Below are positions 21,176 to 29,298 of a stretch of DNA of 64,000 nucleotides, piece by piece. The translations under genes and the position numbers were made by a program. Origin of the DNA: an uncultured virus (IMG/VR IMGVR_UViG_2822368973_000001) (taxonomy: Duplodnaviria > Heunggongvirae > Uroviricota > Caudoviricetes); IMG/VR virus record IMGVR_UViG_2822368973_000001, positions 1 through 64,000 of that record. One strand, given 5' to 3'. Below the pieces are notes generated by a model. It made no database searches. It worked only from the letters and a program-made list of their open reading frames with translations, and was not told where the DNA came from. Numbering within the stretch: position 1 is the stretch's first letter; each line of letters begins with the position of its first letter.

Positions 21176-21376
21176 GTGGTCTTAGTGGGAATTATTAAAG
21201 AAAAACTTGAAGAAATGACAGCTGAAATAGATTTGAAAATAAACGGAATATATGTTGTTAAAAATGGTCAGGTCCAACTAATAGAACCACCCCAAGGTGG
21301 ATTTGGTGAACAATCATTTGTATATCAAAGTGGAAAAGTAATTCGTATGGAAGAACGAAAAACACAGTTACTTTAA
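21176..21376 (+). CDS. Small phage protein (DUF3954-like)
   Basis: IDLKINGIYVVKNG...PPQGGFGEQ. Confidence 0.6.
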   Translation: MVLVGIIKEKLEEMTAEIDLKINGIYVVKNGQVQLIEPPQGGFGEQSFVYQSGKVIRMEERKTQLL

Positions 21377-21441
21377 TCAAATTTGAATTTTATTATAAAA
21401 AAGGAAGAGGTTTTGAGAGTATGTATAAGCCCCTTCAATAT

Positions 21442-21867
21442 TTATAGGGACTTTATAGCGAAATGTATATCTAAACAGAATTTTCCGCTTGCACTGCCAG
21501 GTTCTAAGAGACGAATAGTAACTGATTGTGTATCTTCAATTGTTTTGGAAATTGAATTTCCAGGAGGGACTATGAAAAGGATGGACTTACTCATGCTTTG
21601 TTGTACGCTAACTTCAATTAGTGAACCTTGTAAACTGTTAAAGACTGTGACAGTAGCAGTAACAGGTTGTTCTATTCTCTTTTCCCAAACTTCTAGAAAG
21701 GTAGGGTTGTCATTAAGTAGAAAGTTACCACAAATTTCATTACATACAAGTTTTTGTTTTTCTTTTGGTATTGGTAATGAATCACAGGTTGGTATTGGAA
21801 AAGCACAGGGTATTGGAAATAGATATTTAAAATCCAAAGAATTTTTTTTCATAATATAATGCCTCAT
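21442..21867 (-). CDS. DUF3992/Ena-like endospore appendage protein with exosporium-leader-like N-terminus
   Basis: FPIPCAFPIP leader; VCNEICGN, IVPPGNSISKT, GKFC motifs. Confidence 0.65.
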   Translation of the reverse strand: MRHYIMKKNSLDFKYLFPIPCAFPIPTCDSLPIPKEKQKLVCNEICGNFLLNDNPTFLEVWEKRIEQPVTATVTVFNSLQGSLIEVSVQQSMSKSILFIVPPGNSISKTIEDTQSVTIRLLEPGSASGKFCLDIHFAIKSL

Positions 21868-21945
21868 TTCAATAGTATAAGCGTTGTATATAAATTAAGA
21901 AAAAGATATTAAATCCAAAATGAATTAATATCTTTTTCTGACAAT

Positions 21946-22287
21946 CTATGCTACTTGACGTGCAGCTTCAACACAAACTCTACCACTAACAGGTTGACCA
22001 GCGGTGCCAGAAAAAGCAACCAATGTTCCTATGTTTGACACAAAAACAGTTTGGCTATTACCTGGAGTTATTGGGCCAATAATATTTGTACCATTGTTCG
22101 CTAAAAAGGCAGTAATTGCACCACTTGCAGGGTTATTAGTAAGAGTGACATAGCCGGAAAGAACTGGACCTCCAGTATTGTTAAATACTGTAGCTCCACC
22201 AACTACATCACCTCCTGTTGTCGTGAAAGAATTGCATGTAGAAATAGAGACAAACTGAGGGTCTGTACAACAACACATATACAACAT
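21946..22287 (-). CDS. DUF3992/Ena-like endospore appendage subunit
   Basis: Cys-rich N-terminus (MCCC), ITPGNSQTVFV, SGRVC. Confidence 0.6.
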   Translation of the reverse strand: MLYMCCCTDPQFVSISTCNSFTTTGGDVVGGATVFNNTGGPVLSGYVTLTNNPASGAITAFLANNGTNIIGPITPGNSQTVFVSNIGTLVAFSGTAGQPVSGRVCVEAARQVA

Positions 22288-22475
22288 CCTTTCATTTGTT
22301 AAATAATACTTATCGAAATATAAAAATACTTCACCTTATTAGATGCTTGTTTTTATTAAGGGGGCACGGCTCATAGGAAGTAATTTTAATTGAAGGGATA
22401 ATTGTAACAAGAGGATTTTATTAAGAGAATTTATTACAAAAGCGTTATTTGAATACAAAGAGGGGGAAATGAAAA

Positions 22476-23078
22476 ATGGAATACGTTGAAAAAGCAACTA
22501 AAGATATTAGAGAGAATTGGTTTGTAGATCATGTAGCTGAAATTCAAGGTGAAGAAGGGTTACAGGTTGTTTATTGGGGCAAGCCTGGAACAAATATGTA
22601 TCGTACTAAATTTGTTCTTGCAGGATATAACGTATTTATTTCAGGGGATATTGGCGAAGCGGTGTATAACCTTACATGTCCAGCAACATTAGAAAATATT
22701 AAAGGATTCAATTTAGGGTATTTTACTGAAAAGTTAACGGCTTTTTGTGAAGAACGTTGGAATTTTGATGAAGAAAAGGCAAAAAGGGGACTTGATGAAT
22801 ATTGGAAGGACTACGATATAAACGAAACAAGAGAAGACGGACAGGAAGTATATGATCGTATTATTTCAGCAATTGATGAGAGTTCATCTATGGAAGGTTA
22901 CCATTTTTGGTTAAGTGACGTTTATCATAGCAGCTCCTTAGATTCTGACACGTTGGAAGACATTTGGAATTTCGGTAAAAGGTTGCCACGTCGTTTAATT
23001 GGTTACTGGTTAGGATTGCAAATGGCAATTGAACAATTAGAGAAAAGCAAACCGGCAGCAGAAGCAGTTACTTTATAA
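22476..23078 (+). CDS. Phage hypothetical protein
   Basis: 200-aa ORF with RBS GAGGGGG. Confidence 0.75.
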   Translation: MEYVEKATKDIRENWFVDHVAEIQGEEGLQVVYWGKPGTNMYRTKFVLAGYNVFISGDIGEAVYNLTCPATLENIKGFNLGYFTEKLTAFCEERWNFDEEKAKRGLDEYWKDYDINETREDGQEVYDRIISAIDESSSMEGYHFWLSDVYHSSSLDSDTLEDIWNFGKRLPRRLIGYWLGLQMAIEQLEKSKPAAEAVTL

Positions 23079-23136
23079 CAAAATAGTTATTTGAATTAGT
23101 TTTATCAATAAAAAAAGAGCCGTATTAAGACTCTTT

Positions 23137-23448
23137 TTAAAAAGGTTTATTAATCATTTGTTCTCTAACCAAAACAAAAACTGTGCCTGCAACAACACAG
23201 GTTGCATAGATTTTGCCACTTATGCCGCCGAAAAATTCAAGTCCGAAAGGTAGTAAAAAAGTAGCAATTCCTACTATATAAGCAAATATGCCGAGTAATT
23301 TAGCTAGTTTATTTTTATCACCAATAAAAGTAGCATCTTGGTATCCAGCAATAAGAAATAATTGTTTTTTAATATGAATCAGATAACCCATTATTACAAT
23401 GATTAGACTAACAAGTGTGCAAACTACAAATCCACTCATTATATTCAC
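23137..23448 (-). CDS. Small membrane protein (DUF3784-like)
   Basis: Three hydrophobic segments, LIAGY motif. Confidence 0.65.
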   Translation of the reverse strand: MNIMSGFVVCTLVSLIIVIMGYLIHIKKQLFLIAGYQDATFIGDKNKLAKLLGIFAYIVGIATFLLPFGLEFFGGISGKIYATCVVAGTVFVLVREQMINKPF

Positions 23449-23691
23449 CTACCTTATTTAAATTTTACCATATTTAGGTTGTTTTTTATAGGGTTAACAA
23501 AGGAGCTCATCTTGTTATAAGGAGGAAGGTAGAATCAAAATGACGGAAATAGAGGAATTGAAAGTGAGCATTTTTTTATAAAATTCTTATTTTAAAGCTA
23601 AAGAACGCCTTGTAGAGCGCTCCTTATGCCTAATTATAAATGCTTATGTTCGTTCTTAGATTGATTTCTTGCTTGAAAGAATAAAATGCTC

Positions 23692-23784
23692 TTAAACAAA
23701 GTTTAGATAGACAATACAGCCAATAATTACAATATAATACATCGCACAAAAGAAGATTAAAATGTATTTTAATGTCTTGTTCAA
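23692..23784 (-). CDS. 30-aa hydrophobic peptide (not in ORF track)
   Basis: TTG start after AGGACGGT; MNKTLKYILIFFCAMYYIVIIGCIVYLNFV; upstream GTATA-16-CATACCA. Confidence 0.45.
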   Translation of the reverse strand: MNKTLKYILIFFCAMYYIVIIGCIVYLNFV

Positions 23785-23900
23785 ATTAGTACCGTCCTAA
23801 AAGAGAATTATTTGGATTTTAATATGGTATGTAAAAAAAGGTGCATTTATACAAGGGAAGGGTAGCTAGCAAAAGTAAAACAAAATCTTTATTTAAACAT

Positions 23901-23990
23901 AAAAAGAGCGCCCGGGAAAGCACTCTTTGACCAAGGCTCATATCGAAAAGTGGTAACAATATATCCTATGTGTATTTTTAACGTATGTGC
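23901..23990 (-). ncRNA. Candidate sRNA unit, sigmaK-type promoter
   Basis: GCACA-15-CATAGGAT, short core, AAAGAGTGC/GCGCTCTTTTT terminator. Confidence 0.55.
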
Positions 23991-24025
23991 AAATTCTAAA
24001 CAAAATCTTTATTTCATAACAAGCG

Positions 24026-24127
24026 AAAAAGAGCACACATATAAGCGTGCTCAGAGACAAGAAAGGTAGATTTCCATGAGTGGAGAGTCTCCATACAATA
24101 ACGTATACTTGTCAGGTATAAATGCGA
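24026..24127 (-). ncRNA. Candidate sRNA unit, sigmaK-type promoter
   Basis: TCGCA-15-TATACGTT, core antisense to GAAAGGTAGATTTCCATG, GAGCAC terminator. Confidence 0.55.
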
Positions 24128-24146
24128 CAAGTTTTTATTCCATGAG

Positions 24147-24253
24147 AAAAGAGCACTTACTTACGGTGCTCTTTAGGGAAAAAGTGAAATGTTGAAAAGT
24201 AGATTAGGGTTTCTTGCTTCGAAATAATATATGACCATTTCATCGTAATGTGA
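24147..24253 (-). ncRNA. Candidate sRNA unit, sigmaK-type promoter
   Basis: TCACA-15-CATATATT, core antisense to AGGGAAAAAGTGAAATG, GAGCAC terminator. Confidence 0.62.
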
Positions 24254-24332
24254 CAATGAATCGCTAATGCTAACTACTTGTTGAAAAAAGAATCCCCTCT
24301 AGATTATTGAATGCCAGAGCTTCAAGAAATAA

Positions 24333-25649
24333 TTAATTTAACTTTTCAATTACAATCGAAGCATTTATATTTGTTTGTGTTCCACCTGCTAAAGTTTGCA
24401 AAGTAACTGCAGCAGCGGAAGTATGATTATTAAGGGTAATAATATCACCTGCGGCTAAAGAGAGAATTGTTTGCCCATTGTTTTGCTGAGTTCCTGCACC
24501 TGATCCATAAACTGCGCTGGTAACCGGAGCACCATTTAAAAAAAGTGTGAATTGATTAGGCTCAACTCCTGATACAGAAAAAGAAATTTTATAATCTCCT
24601 GCATTAAGAACCATTAATTGAGAAGTTCCCAGTGTATGAGTAAAACCAGATGTCATTCTACCATGTGAATTAAAAAGAATAGGTGCTTCTAAGGCAACAA
24701 CTTGAGCTGCTGTATTGAAAACATAAGCATAATGAGATAACCCAGATACTGTAAGACCGGTAGGCCCAGTAGGTCCGGTAGCTCCAGCGGTTCCTGGTAA
24801 TCCAGTAGGCCCAGGAATGCCTTGGATGCCTTGGATACCTTGAAGCCCAGTTGGGCCAGTCGGGCCGATAGGTCCAATAAGTCCCGGATCACCTTGAATA
24901 CCTTGGATACCCTGAATTCCAGTCGCCCCAGTTATTCCAGTGGGTCCAATAGGACCAATAGGCCCCGGATTACCTTGAATCCCCTGAATCCCTTGACTTC
25001 CTTGAGGTCCAGTGGGGCCAGGAATGCCTTGGATCCCTTGGATACCTTGAAGTCCGGTTGGTCCTGGTGACCCAGAAGGTCCAGTGGGGCCAGTCACTCC
25101 GGTTGGTCCTGGTGGTCCCCCAGAAGGTCCGGTCGGGCCCGTTGGTCCTGGCGGTCCCCCGGAAGGGCCGGTAGGTCCAACAGCTCCAGAAGGTCCAGTT
25201 GGACCTACAGAACCAGGAATGCCAGGAATCCCTTGAGGGCCGGTCGGCCCAGGAATCCCTTGAATCCCTTGAATGCCAGGAATCCCTTGAATGCCAGGAA
25301 TCCCTTGAATTCCAGTGACCCCTGTTATTCCAGTGGGTCCAATAGGACCTTGAATGCCAGGAATGCCTTGGATCCCTTGGATACCTTGAATTCCAGAAGG
25401 TCCAGTTGGACCAATAGATCCAGAAATCCCAGGAATCCCTTGAGGTCCAGAAATACCTTGAGGCCCAGTAGGTCCCAGGCTACCTTGAATTCCAGTAGGC
25501 CCGGTAGGTCCCCGAGGTCCACCTGAAGGTCCGGTAGCTCCAGTAGGTCCCGAAGGTCCAGTAGCACCGGTTAATCCAGTAGACCCGATTTGAGGTAAAG
25601 GAAAGGCACATGGAAAGGGTATGTGACAATTCTTTTTAAATTTACTCAT
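24333..25649 (-). CDS. Collagen-like exosporium protein with BclA-type C-terminal domain
   Basis: IPFPCAFPLP leader, long GXX (GPT/GIQ) tract, C-terminal NASIVIEKL. Confidence 0.88.
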   Translation of the reverse strand: MSKFKKNCHIPFPCAFPLPQIGSTGLTGATGPSGPTGATGPSGGPRGPTGPTGIQGSLGPTGPQGISGPQGIPGISGSIGPTGPSGIQGIQGIQGIPGIQGPIGPTGITGVTGIQGIPGIQGIPGIQGIQGIPGPTGPQGIPGIPGSVGPTGPSGAVGPTGPSGGPPGPTGPTGPSGGPPGPTGVTGPTGPSGSPGPTGLQGIQGIQGIPGPTGPQGSQGIQGIQGNPGPIGPIGPTGITGATGIQGIQGIQGDPGLIGPIGPTGPTGLQGIQGIQGIPGPTGLPGTAGATGPTGPTGLTVSGLSHYAYVFNTAAQVVALEAPILFNSHGRMTSGFTHTLGTSQLMVLNAGDYKISFSVSGVEPNQFTLFLNGAPVTSAVYGSGAGTQQNNGQTILSLAAGDIITLNNHTSAAAVTLQTLAGGTQTNINASIVIEKLN

Positions 25650-26072
25650 TTTTACACCTCCCTTATAAATTAACTAACAATTTATATTTATACTTTAACA
25701 ACTTATGAGTAAACAGACACACGGGTGTAAGGAAAAACCCTACAATAATTACATAAAAGGTTTTAAGAGCAAGCCTTTATTTCACATTCCATACCAAAAA
25801 GAGCACTATATAAGTGCTCTTCGGATCAAAGCTCTTAGTGTAAAAGAGTACGTGATACCAAATGTAATTTTTTCATGGCGTGAAGTATTTGAACAAAAAG
25901 CTATTTGATACTGAAATTATCCACTTTAAAAAGAGCACTATAAAAAGTGCTCTTTCAAAAAATATTGTTATTTACTTAATTTTAATAATAACTAACAAAA
26001 AGAAATTGGAGTTTGCTTACTGTTATATAAGTTGCGAAAAATTTATTACGGCTGGGGTTACTGTAAATATTC

Positions 26073-26558
26073 TTAGTGAAATTGTTGCTGACCTTGTTGG
26101 TTACCCATTTGTTGACCTTGTTGGCCACCCATTTGCTGACCTTGTTGGTTACCCATTTGTTGACCTTGTTGACCACCCATTTGCTGGCTCACTTGATCAA
26201 CCTGTGTTTGGGCCTGTGCAATAGCTTGATTAATTTGACTTAATGTTTGATTAGATTGTAGGTACTGTAATCCTTGATTTAATGTTTGAATAGCTTGTTG
26301 GATAGTTTGCTGTAATTGTTGATCCGCTTGTTGCATTTGTTGTTGAGATTGATGACTAAATTGTTGAAGTTGTTGCATTAGTTGATTAGCTTGTTGTAAT
26401 CCTTGTTGTTGACCTTGTTGTTGACTTTGAGTTGTTTGAGATAAAGATTGTTGTAACTGTTGAATTTGGTTTTTAAGGCTAGTTAATTCTTGTGAAACTT
26501 CTAAATCAGCAGCTTTACGTGCTACTGCTTCAACTTTTTTCTCAGTACGTTTGTCCAT
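26073..26558 (-). CDS. Gln-rich low-complexity protein, probably forespore-expressed
   Basis: MG(G/N)QQGQQ 7-aa repeats; RBS TAGGAG; GTATC-17-CATTATA upstream; GAGCAC terminator at about 25928-25956. Confidence 0.75.
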   Translation of the reverse strand: MDKRTEKKVEAVARKAADLEVSQELTSLKNQIQQLQQSLSQTTQSQQQGQQQGLQQANQLMQQLQQFSHQSQQQMQQADQQLQQTIQQAIQTLNQGLQYLQSNQTLSQINQAIAQAQTQVDQVSQQMGGQQGQQMGNQQGQQMGGQQGQQMGNQQGQQQFH

Positions 26559-26687
26559 TTTAACTCCTACTTATGTAACCACATCATTGTGTGGAACATT
26601 TTTATAATGTACAAATTCTTATTTTTGATACTAAAAAATAAAATTTAAAGACTAGGGAGGAGAGGGATATGAATAGTACTTTAATCG

Positions 26688-26802
26688 AAAATAGGACAAG
26701 CAATTTTGCTTGTCCTAGAAGGAGGAAATTTCAAAACACCAAATTGACTCGTATTGGTAAACAGGTTCCTGCATAGTATGATTCAAATTAAGAAAGTTAT
26801 AC
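26688..26802 (-). ncRNA. Candidate sRNA unit, sigmaG-type promoter
   Basis: GTATA-17-CATACTA; UUUCCUCCUUCU next to the AGGACAAGC hairpin terminator. Confidence 0.65.
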
Positions 26803-26952
26803 AAAAATAGCAGGCAAAGAAACTTTGCCTGCTTGTGGGTTGAATGAGTTAGCCAATTGTGATGAAACGCCTTCCCATCCTTTTACAGGAAGAGTGAAGC
26901 CACTAGTTCGAATGGCTTAGAAGTATCGTGTGTAGTTTAGTTGAAAAATATG
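26803..26952 (-). ncRNA. Candidate sRNA unit, sigmaE-type promoter
   Basis: CATATT-14-CACACGAT; AGCAGGCAAAG hairpin plus U-rich tail. Confidence 0.5.
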
Positions 26953-27091
26953 TAAAAGAAGATAAAGAATTTATTTTATAGCAAAAAAGAGCATTATTTG
27001 TAAATGCTATTGAAAGACGAGCATCAATAATTACAAGAGATTGGCTCAATAGAACTTAGGATTTTCTTATTTCAAGGTAAAAATTAAATGT

Positions 27092-27217
27092 AAAATAGGA
27101 GAACAGATACATAGACTGTTCTCCTAAGGAGCGGGAATACTGAATTTGAAGTGCATCTCAAATGACAATCAATCAAGCGTTTCATAAATAGTATGTACTT
27201 ATGTTGAGATTTAATAC
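27092..27217 (-). ncRNA. Candidate sRNA unit, sigmaG-type promoter
   Basis: GTATT-17-CATACTA; CCGCUCCUU next to the AGGAGAACAG hairpin. Confidence 0.62.
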
Positions 27218-27340
27218 AACAAAACAGCTAGCGTAGCTAACTGTTTTATCTTAGGAAGAATTCAAGAAAATCTGAGATTCATTATGGAATAGCTATTACC
27301 AACTTATTTATAGTATGTGGATGTTTTTGTAATATTATGT
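27218..27340 (-). ncRNA. Candidate sRNA unit, sigmaG-type promoter
   Basis: ACATA-18-CATACTA; CAGTTAGC/GCTAGCTG terminator. Confidence 0.55.
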
Positions 27341-27389
27341 ATGTGTTGAGAAGTTAATAAAAATTTCATTTTGTAGAAAAGAGGGAGCT

Positions 27390-27483
27390 AAAAAAGAGCA
27401 CTATATATAAGTGCTCTAGTCGAGAGTGAGTATAAATTCCTATCATTCTATATTAGTATATGCACTGTATTATGTAGTTGCTA
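27390..27483 (-). ncRNA. Candidate sRNA unit, mother-cell-type -10
   Basis: CATATACT -10 with weak -35; GAGCAC terminator with U6. Confidence 0.5.
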
Positions 27484-27551
27484 CTAAAGTTAATGTCAGT
27501 TTTTAAAATTAGAGGTTTCTTTTAATGAAACCTCTAAAAAGACAACTAAAG

Positions 27552-27821
27552 TTACGTTATAGTAAATTCAATTGCAATAGGAGTACCCCCATCTAGGACG
27601 GCTCCTCCTACAATAGTAGCAGCTGTAATAGTATCACCAGTTTGAATAACGCCATTAATATAAAGCGTAAAAAAAGCATAAGAAGCAGGGAATGTTGTTA
27701 CAGCACCAGTGTCATCAGTGAAGTCTGTGTTAGCAAAAGTTAAATCCGCTCCAGCGGCAGTTCCTGTTGCTGCTGTACTTACAAATCGTCTTCCAGCTAT
27801 AAATGGCTTAACGATAGGCAT
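27552..27821 (-). CDS. DUF4183-like small spore-associated protein
   Basis: DFTDDTG...FFTLYINGVIQ motif; RBS GAGGTG; terminator at about 27510-27540. Confidence 0.65.
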   Translation of the reverse strand: MPIVKPFIAGRRFVSTAATGTAAGADLTFANTDFTDDTGAVTTFPASYAFFTLYINGVIQTGDTITAATIVGGAVLDGGTPIAIEFTIT

Positions 27822-27959
27822 TTATGTTCACCTCTTTTTAAGAATTAACTCGGACAAGTTTTTAGAAAGCTTGGTCCTGTATTTTATACTATGTTGTATT
27901 TCAATGAAAAGAAACGGCTTGTAAACTAGTATACAAACGCTATTTTAGTAAGGAACATT

Positions 27960-28060
27960 TAAAAGGACCCGATTAGGGGGACGGGTCCTTTTAATGAAAC
28001 AATAACCTTTACAGAATTACCAATACATTACCATAAAAGGTAATTAGTTTCCATGATGTG
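27960..28060 (-). ncRNA. Possible sRNA unit, promoter type uncertain
   Basis: AAAAGGACCCG/CGGGTCCTTTT terminator; weak sigmaA-like TGGAAA-17-TAATGT. Confidence 0.35.
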
Positions 28061-28080
28061 GATATTGAGAAATCTTTTTA

Positions 28081-28117
28081 TAGCTACTTCAGCTAGCTAC
28101 TTCAGCTAGCTACTTCA
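28081..28117. repeat. 13-bp tandem repeat TAGCTACTTCAGC, about 3 copies
   Basis: Read directly. Confidence 0.85.
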
Positions 28118-28125
28118 TTCAGCAC

Positions 28126-28250
28126 AACAAAGCAGCTAGCTGAAATAGCTAACTGCTCTATTGTACAATTTTAGAAGTTTCACTGGATACAGATATAAGT
28201 TGTAACGAAAAGTTACAACTATAGTATAAACAGAATTCGAAAAAATATGC
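28126..28250 (-). ncRNA. Candidate sRNA unit, sigmaG-type promoter
   Basis: GCATA-17-TATACTA; 5' hairpin AGTTGTAAC/GTTACAACT; AGCAGTTAGC terminator. Confidence 0.62.
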
Positions 28251-28285
28251 AGGAAAGAAAACTAAATTAAAACTTCATTCAGCAC

Positions 28286-28406
28286 AACAAAGCAATCAGC
28301 CTAATGAGCTAACTGCTTGTTGTACAAAAGAAAATTAGGCCCTACAAGTTAAGATGTGTAACTTAGAGTTACAGTTATAGTGTTAGCAGGACTGGAAATG
28401 TTATAC
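28286..28406 (-). ncRNA. Candidate sRNA unit, paralog of 28126-28250
   Basis: GTATA-17-AACACTA; TGTAAC/GTTACA hairpin; same ACTTCATTCAGCACAACAAAGCA flank. Confidence 0.6.
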
Positions 28407-28452
28407 GGGGATTAATACAACAAAAATTTCATTTTGTAGAAATAAGAAAATT

Positions 28453-28550
28453 AAAAAAGAGCACCATGCATAAGTGCTCTTTAAGATAGGAGGTAACACT
28501 TTGAGCTGAGGCTAGGTTAGAAGTATATGGTGTAAAAAAAGAAATAAGAA
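28453..28550 (-). ncRNA. Candidate sRNA unit, sigmaE/K-type promoter
   Basis: TCTTATT-13-CATATACT; core contains UUACCUCCUAU; GAGCAC terminator. Confidence 0.62.
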
Positions 28551-28575
28551 CAAAATTTTATTATTAGTTCAATAT

Positions 28576-28705
28576 AAAAAAGCAGTTAGCAAAAAGCTAA
28601 CTGCTAAGCCCTCAGAGAAAGAGGAAAAGAACATTACAGAGGTCACTGTGAATTCAAGCTGTATCAGCCCATTTATAGTATTGGACAGAATTTAGAATTT
28701 TATTC
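28576..28705 (-). ncRNA. Candidate sRNA unit, sigmaG-type promoter
   Basis: GAATA-18-AATACTA; CUUUUCCUCUUUC; perfect AGCAGTTAGC hairpin with U tract. Confidence 0.62.
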
Positions 28706-28714
28706 GAATAAACT

Positions 28715-28834
28715 AAAAAGAGCAGCTAGCAAAAGCTAACTGCTCACCTCTCGACCAAGAGAGCTAGAGTGGGAAGAATTTAAAATAACCTTTTAAATTC
28801 TTGCATAGTATCGGAAAAAATTAGAATTTTATTC
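28715..28834 (-). ncRNA. Candidate sRNA unit, sigmaG-type promoter
   Basis: GAATA-17-GATACTA; 5' hairpin AAGAATTTAAAA/TTTTAAATTCTT; GAGCAGTTAGC terminator. Confidence 0.6.
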
Positions 28835-28983
28835 ACGTAAAACTTAAATTAGGAAGTTCAATAATTGAATGTATCTATAGCATAGACAAGGTTTAAAAAT
28901 TTATTCAAGGGAAATAAGGAATGGGTACTTATTGAAAAAAGGCAGTCAAGGAGTACTTCAAGAAGCAAGAGTTGGAACGCAAT

Positions 28984-29076
28984 AAAAAGCAGTTAGCAAA
29001 AGCTAACTGCTCGAATCATGGAATGTGTTTAAGAAATGGGTTGTCTACAGTATTGACGTAATGTTGAGTTTTATTC
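28984..29076 (-). ncRNA. Candidate sRNA unit, sigmaG-type promoter
   Basis: GAATA-17-AATACTG; AGCAGTTAGC terminator. Confidence 0.6.
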
Positions 29077-29101
29077 AGGCGTAGAAGGTCTTTTTCAAAA
29101 G

Positions 29102-29192
29102 AAAAACGCTAGGATTTCTCCTAGCAAGTCACAGGGTATTCGTGCATAGACGAATTTACTTATATTATAACGCAATAACTAACTGTTCAAGA
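29102..29192 (-). ncRNA. Candidate sRNA unit, sigmaA-type promoter
   Basis: TATAAT at 29164-29169 (minus strand); GCTAGGA/TCCTAGC hairpin with U tract. Confidence 0.45.
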
Positions 29193-29298
29193 TGTTAATG
29201 TTATTAATTTTTTTACGAGATAATTACATTTGCAAATTGAGAGTAAAGTTAGATTTGAACAAAATAATCCTTTGAAATGAATATCGTCCGGCTAGAAA

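Noticed and set aside
24689..25567. Alternative-frame ORFs over the collagen gene
   Set aside because: By-products of GXX codon repeats
25705..26224. ORFs 25705-25908, 25880-26224 and 25982-26176
   Set aside because: No RBS seen; they cross terminators or shadow the Gln-rich repeats
26688..29192. CRISPR array interpretation of the repeated hairpins
   Set aside because: Repeats are not identical or evenly spaced, each unit has its own promoter, and no cas genes are present
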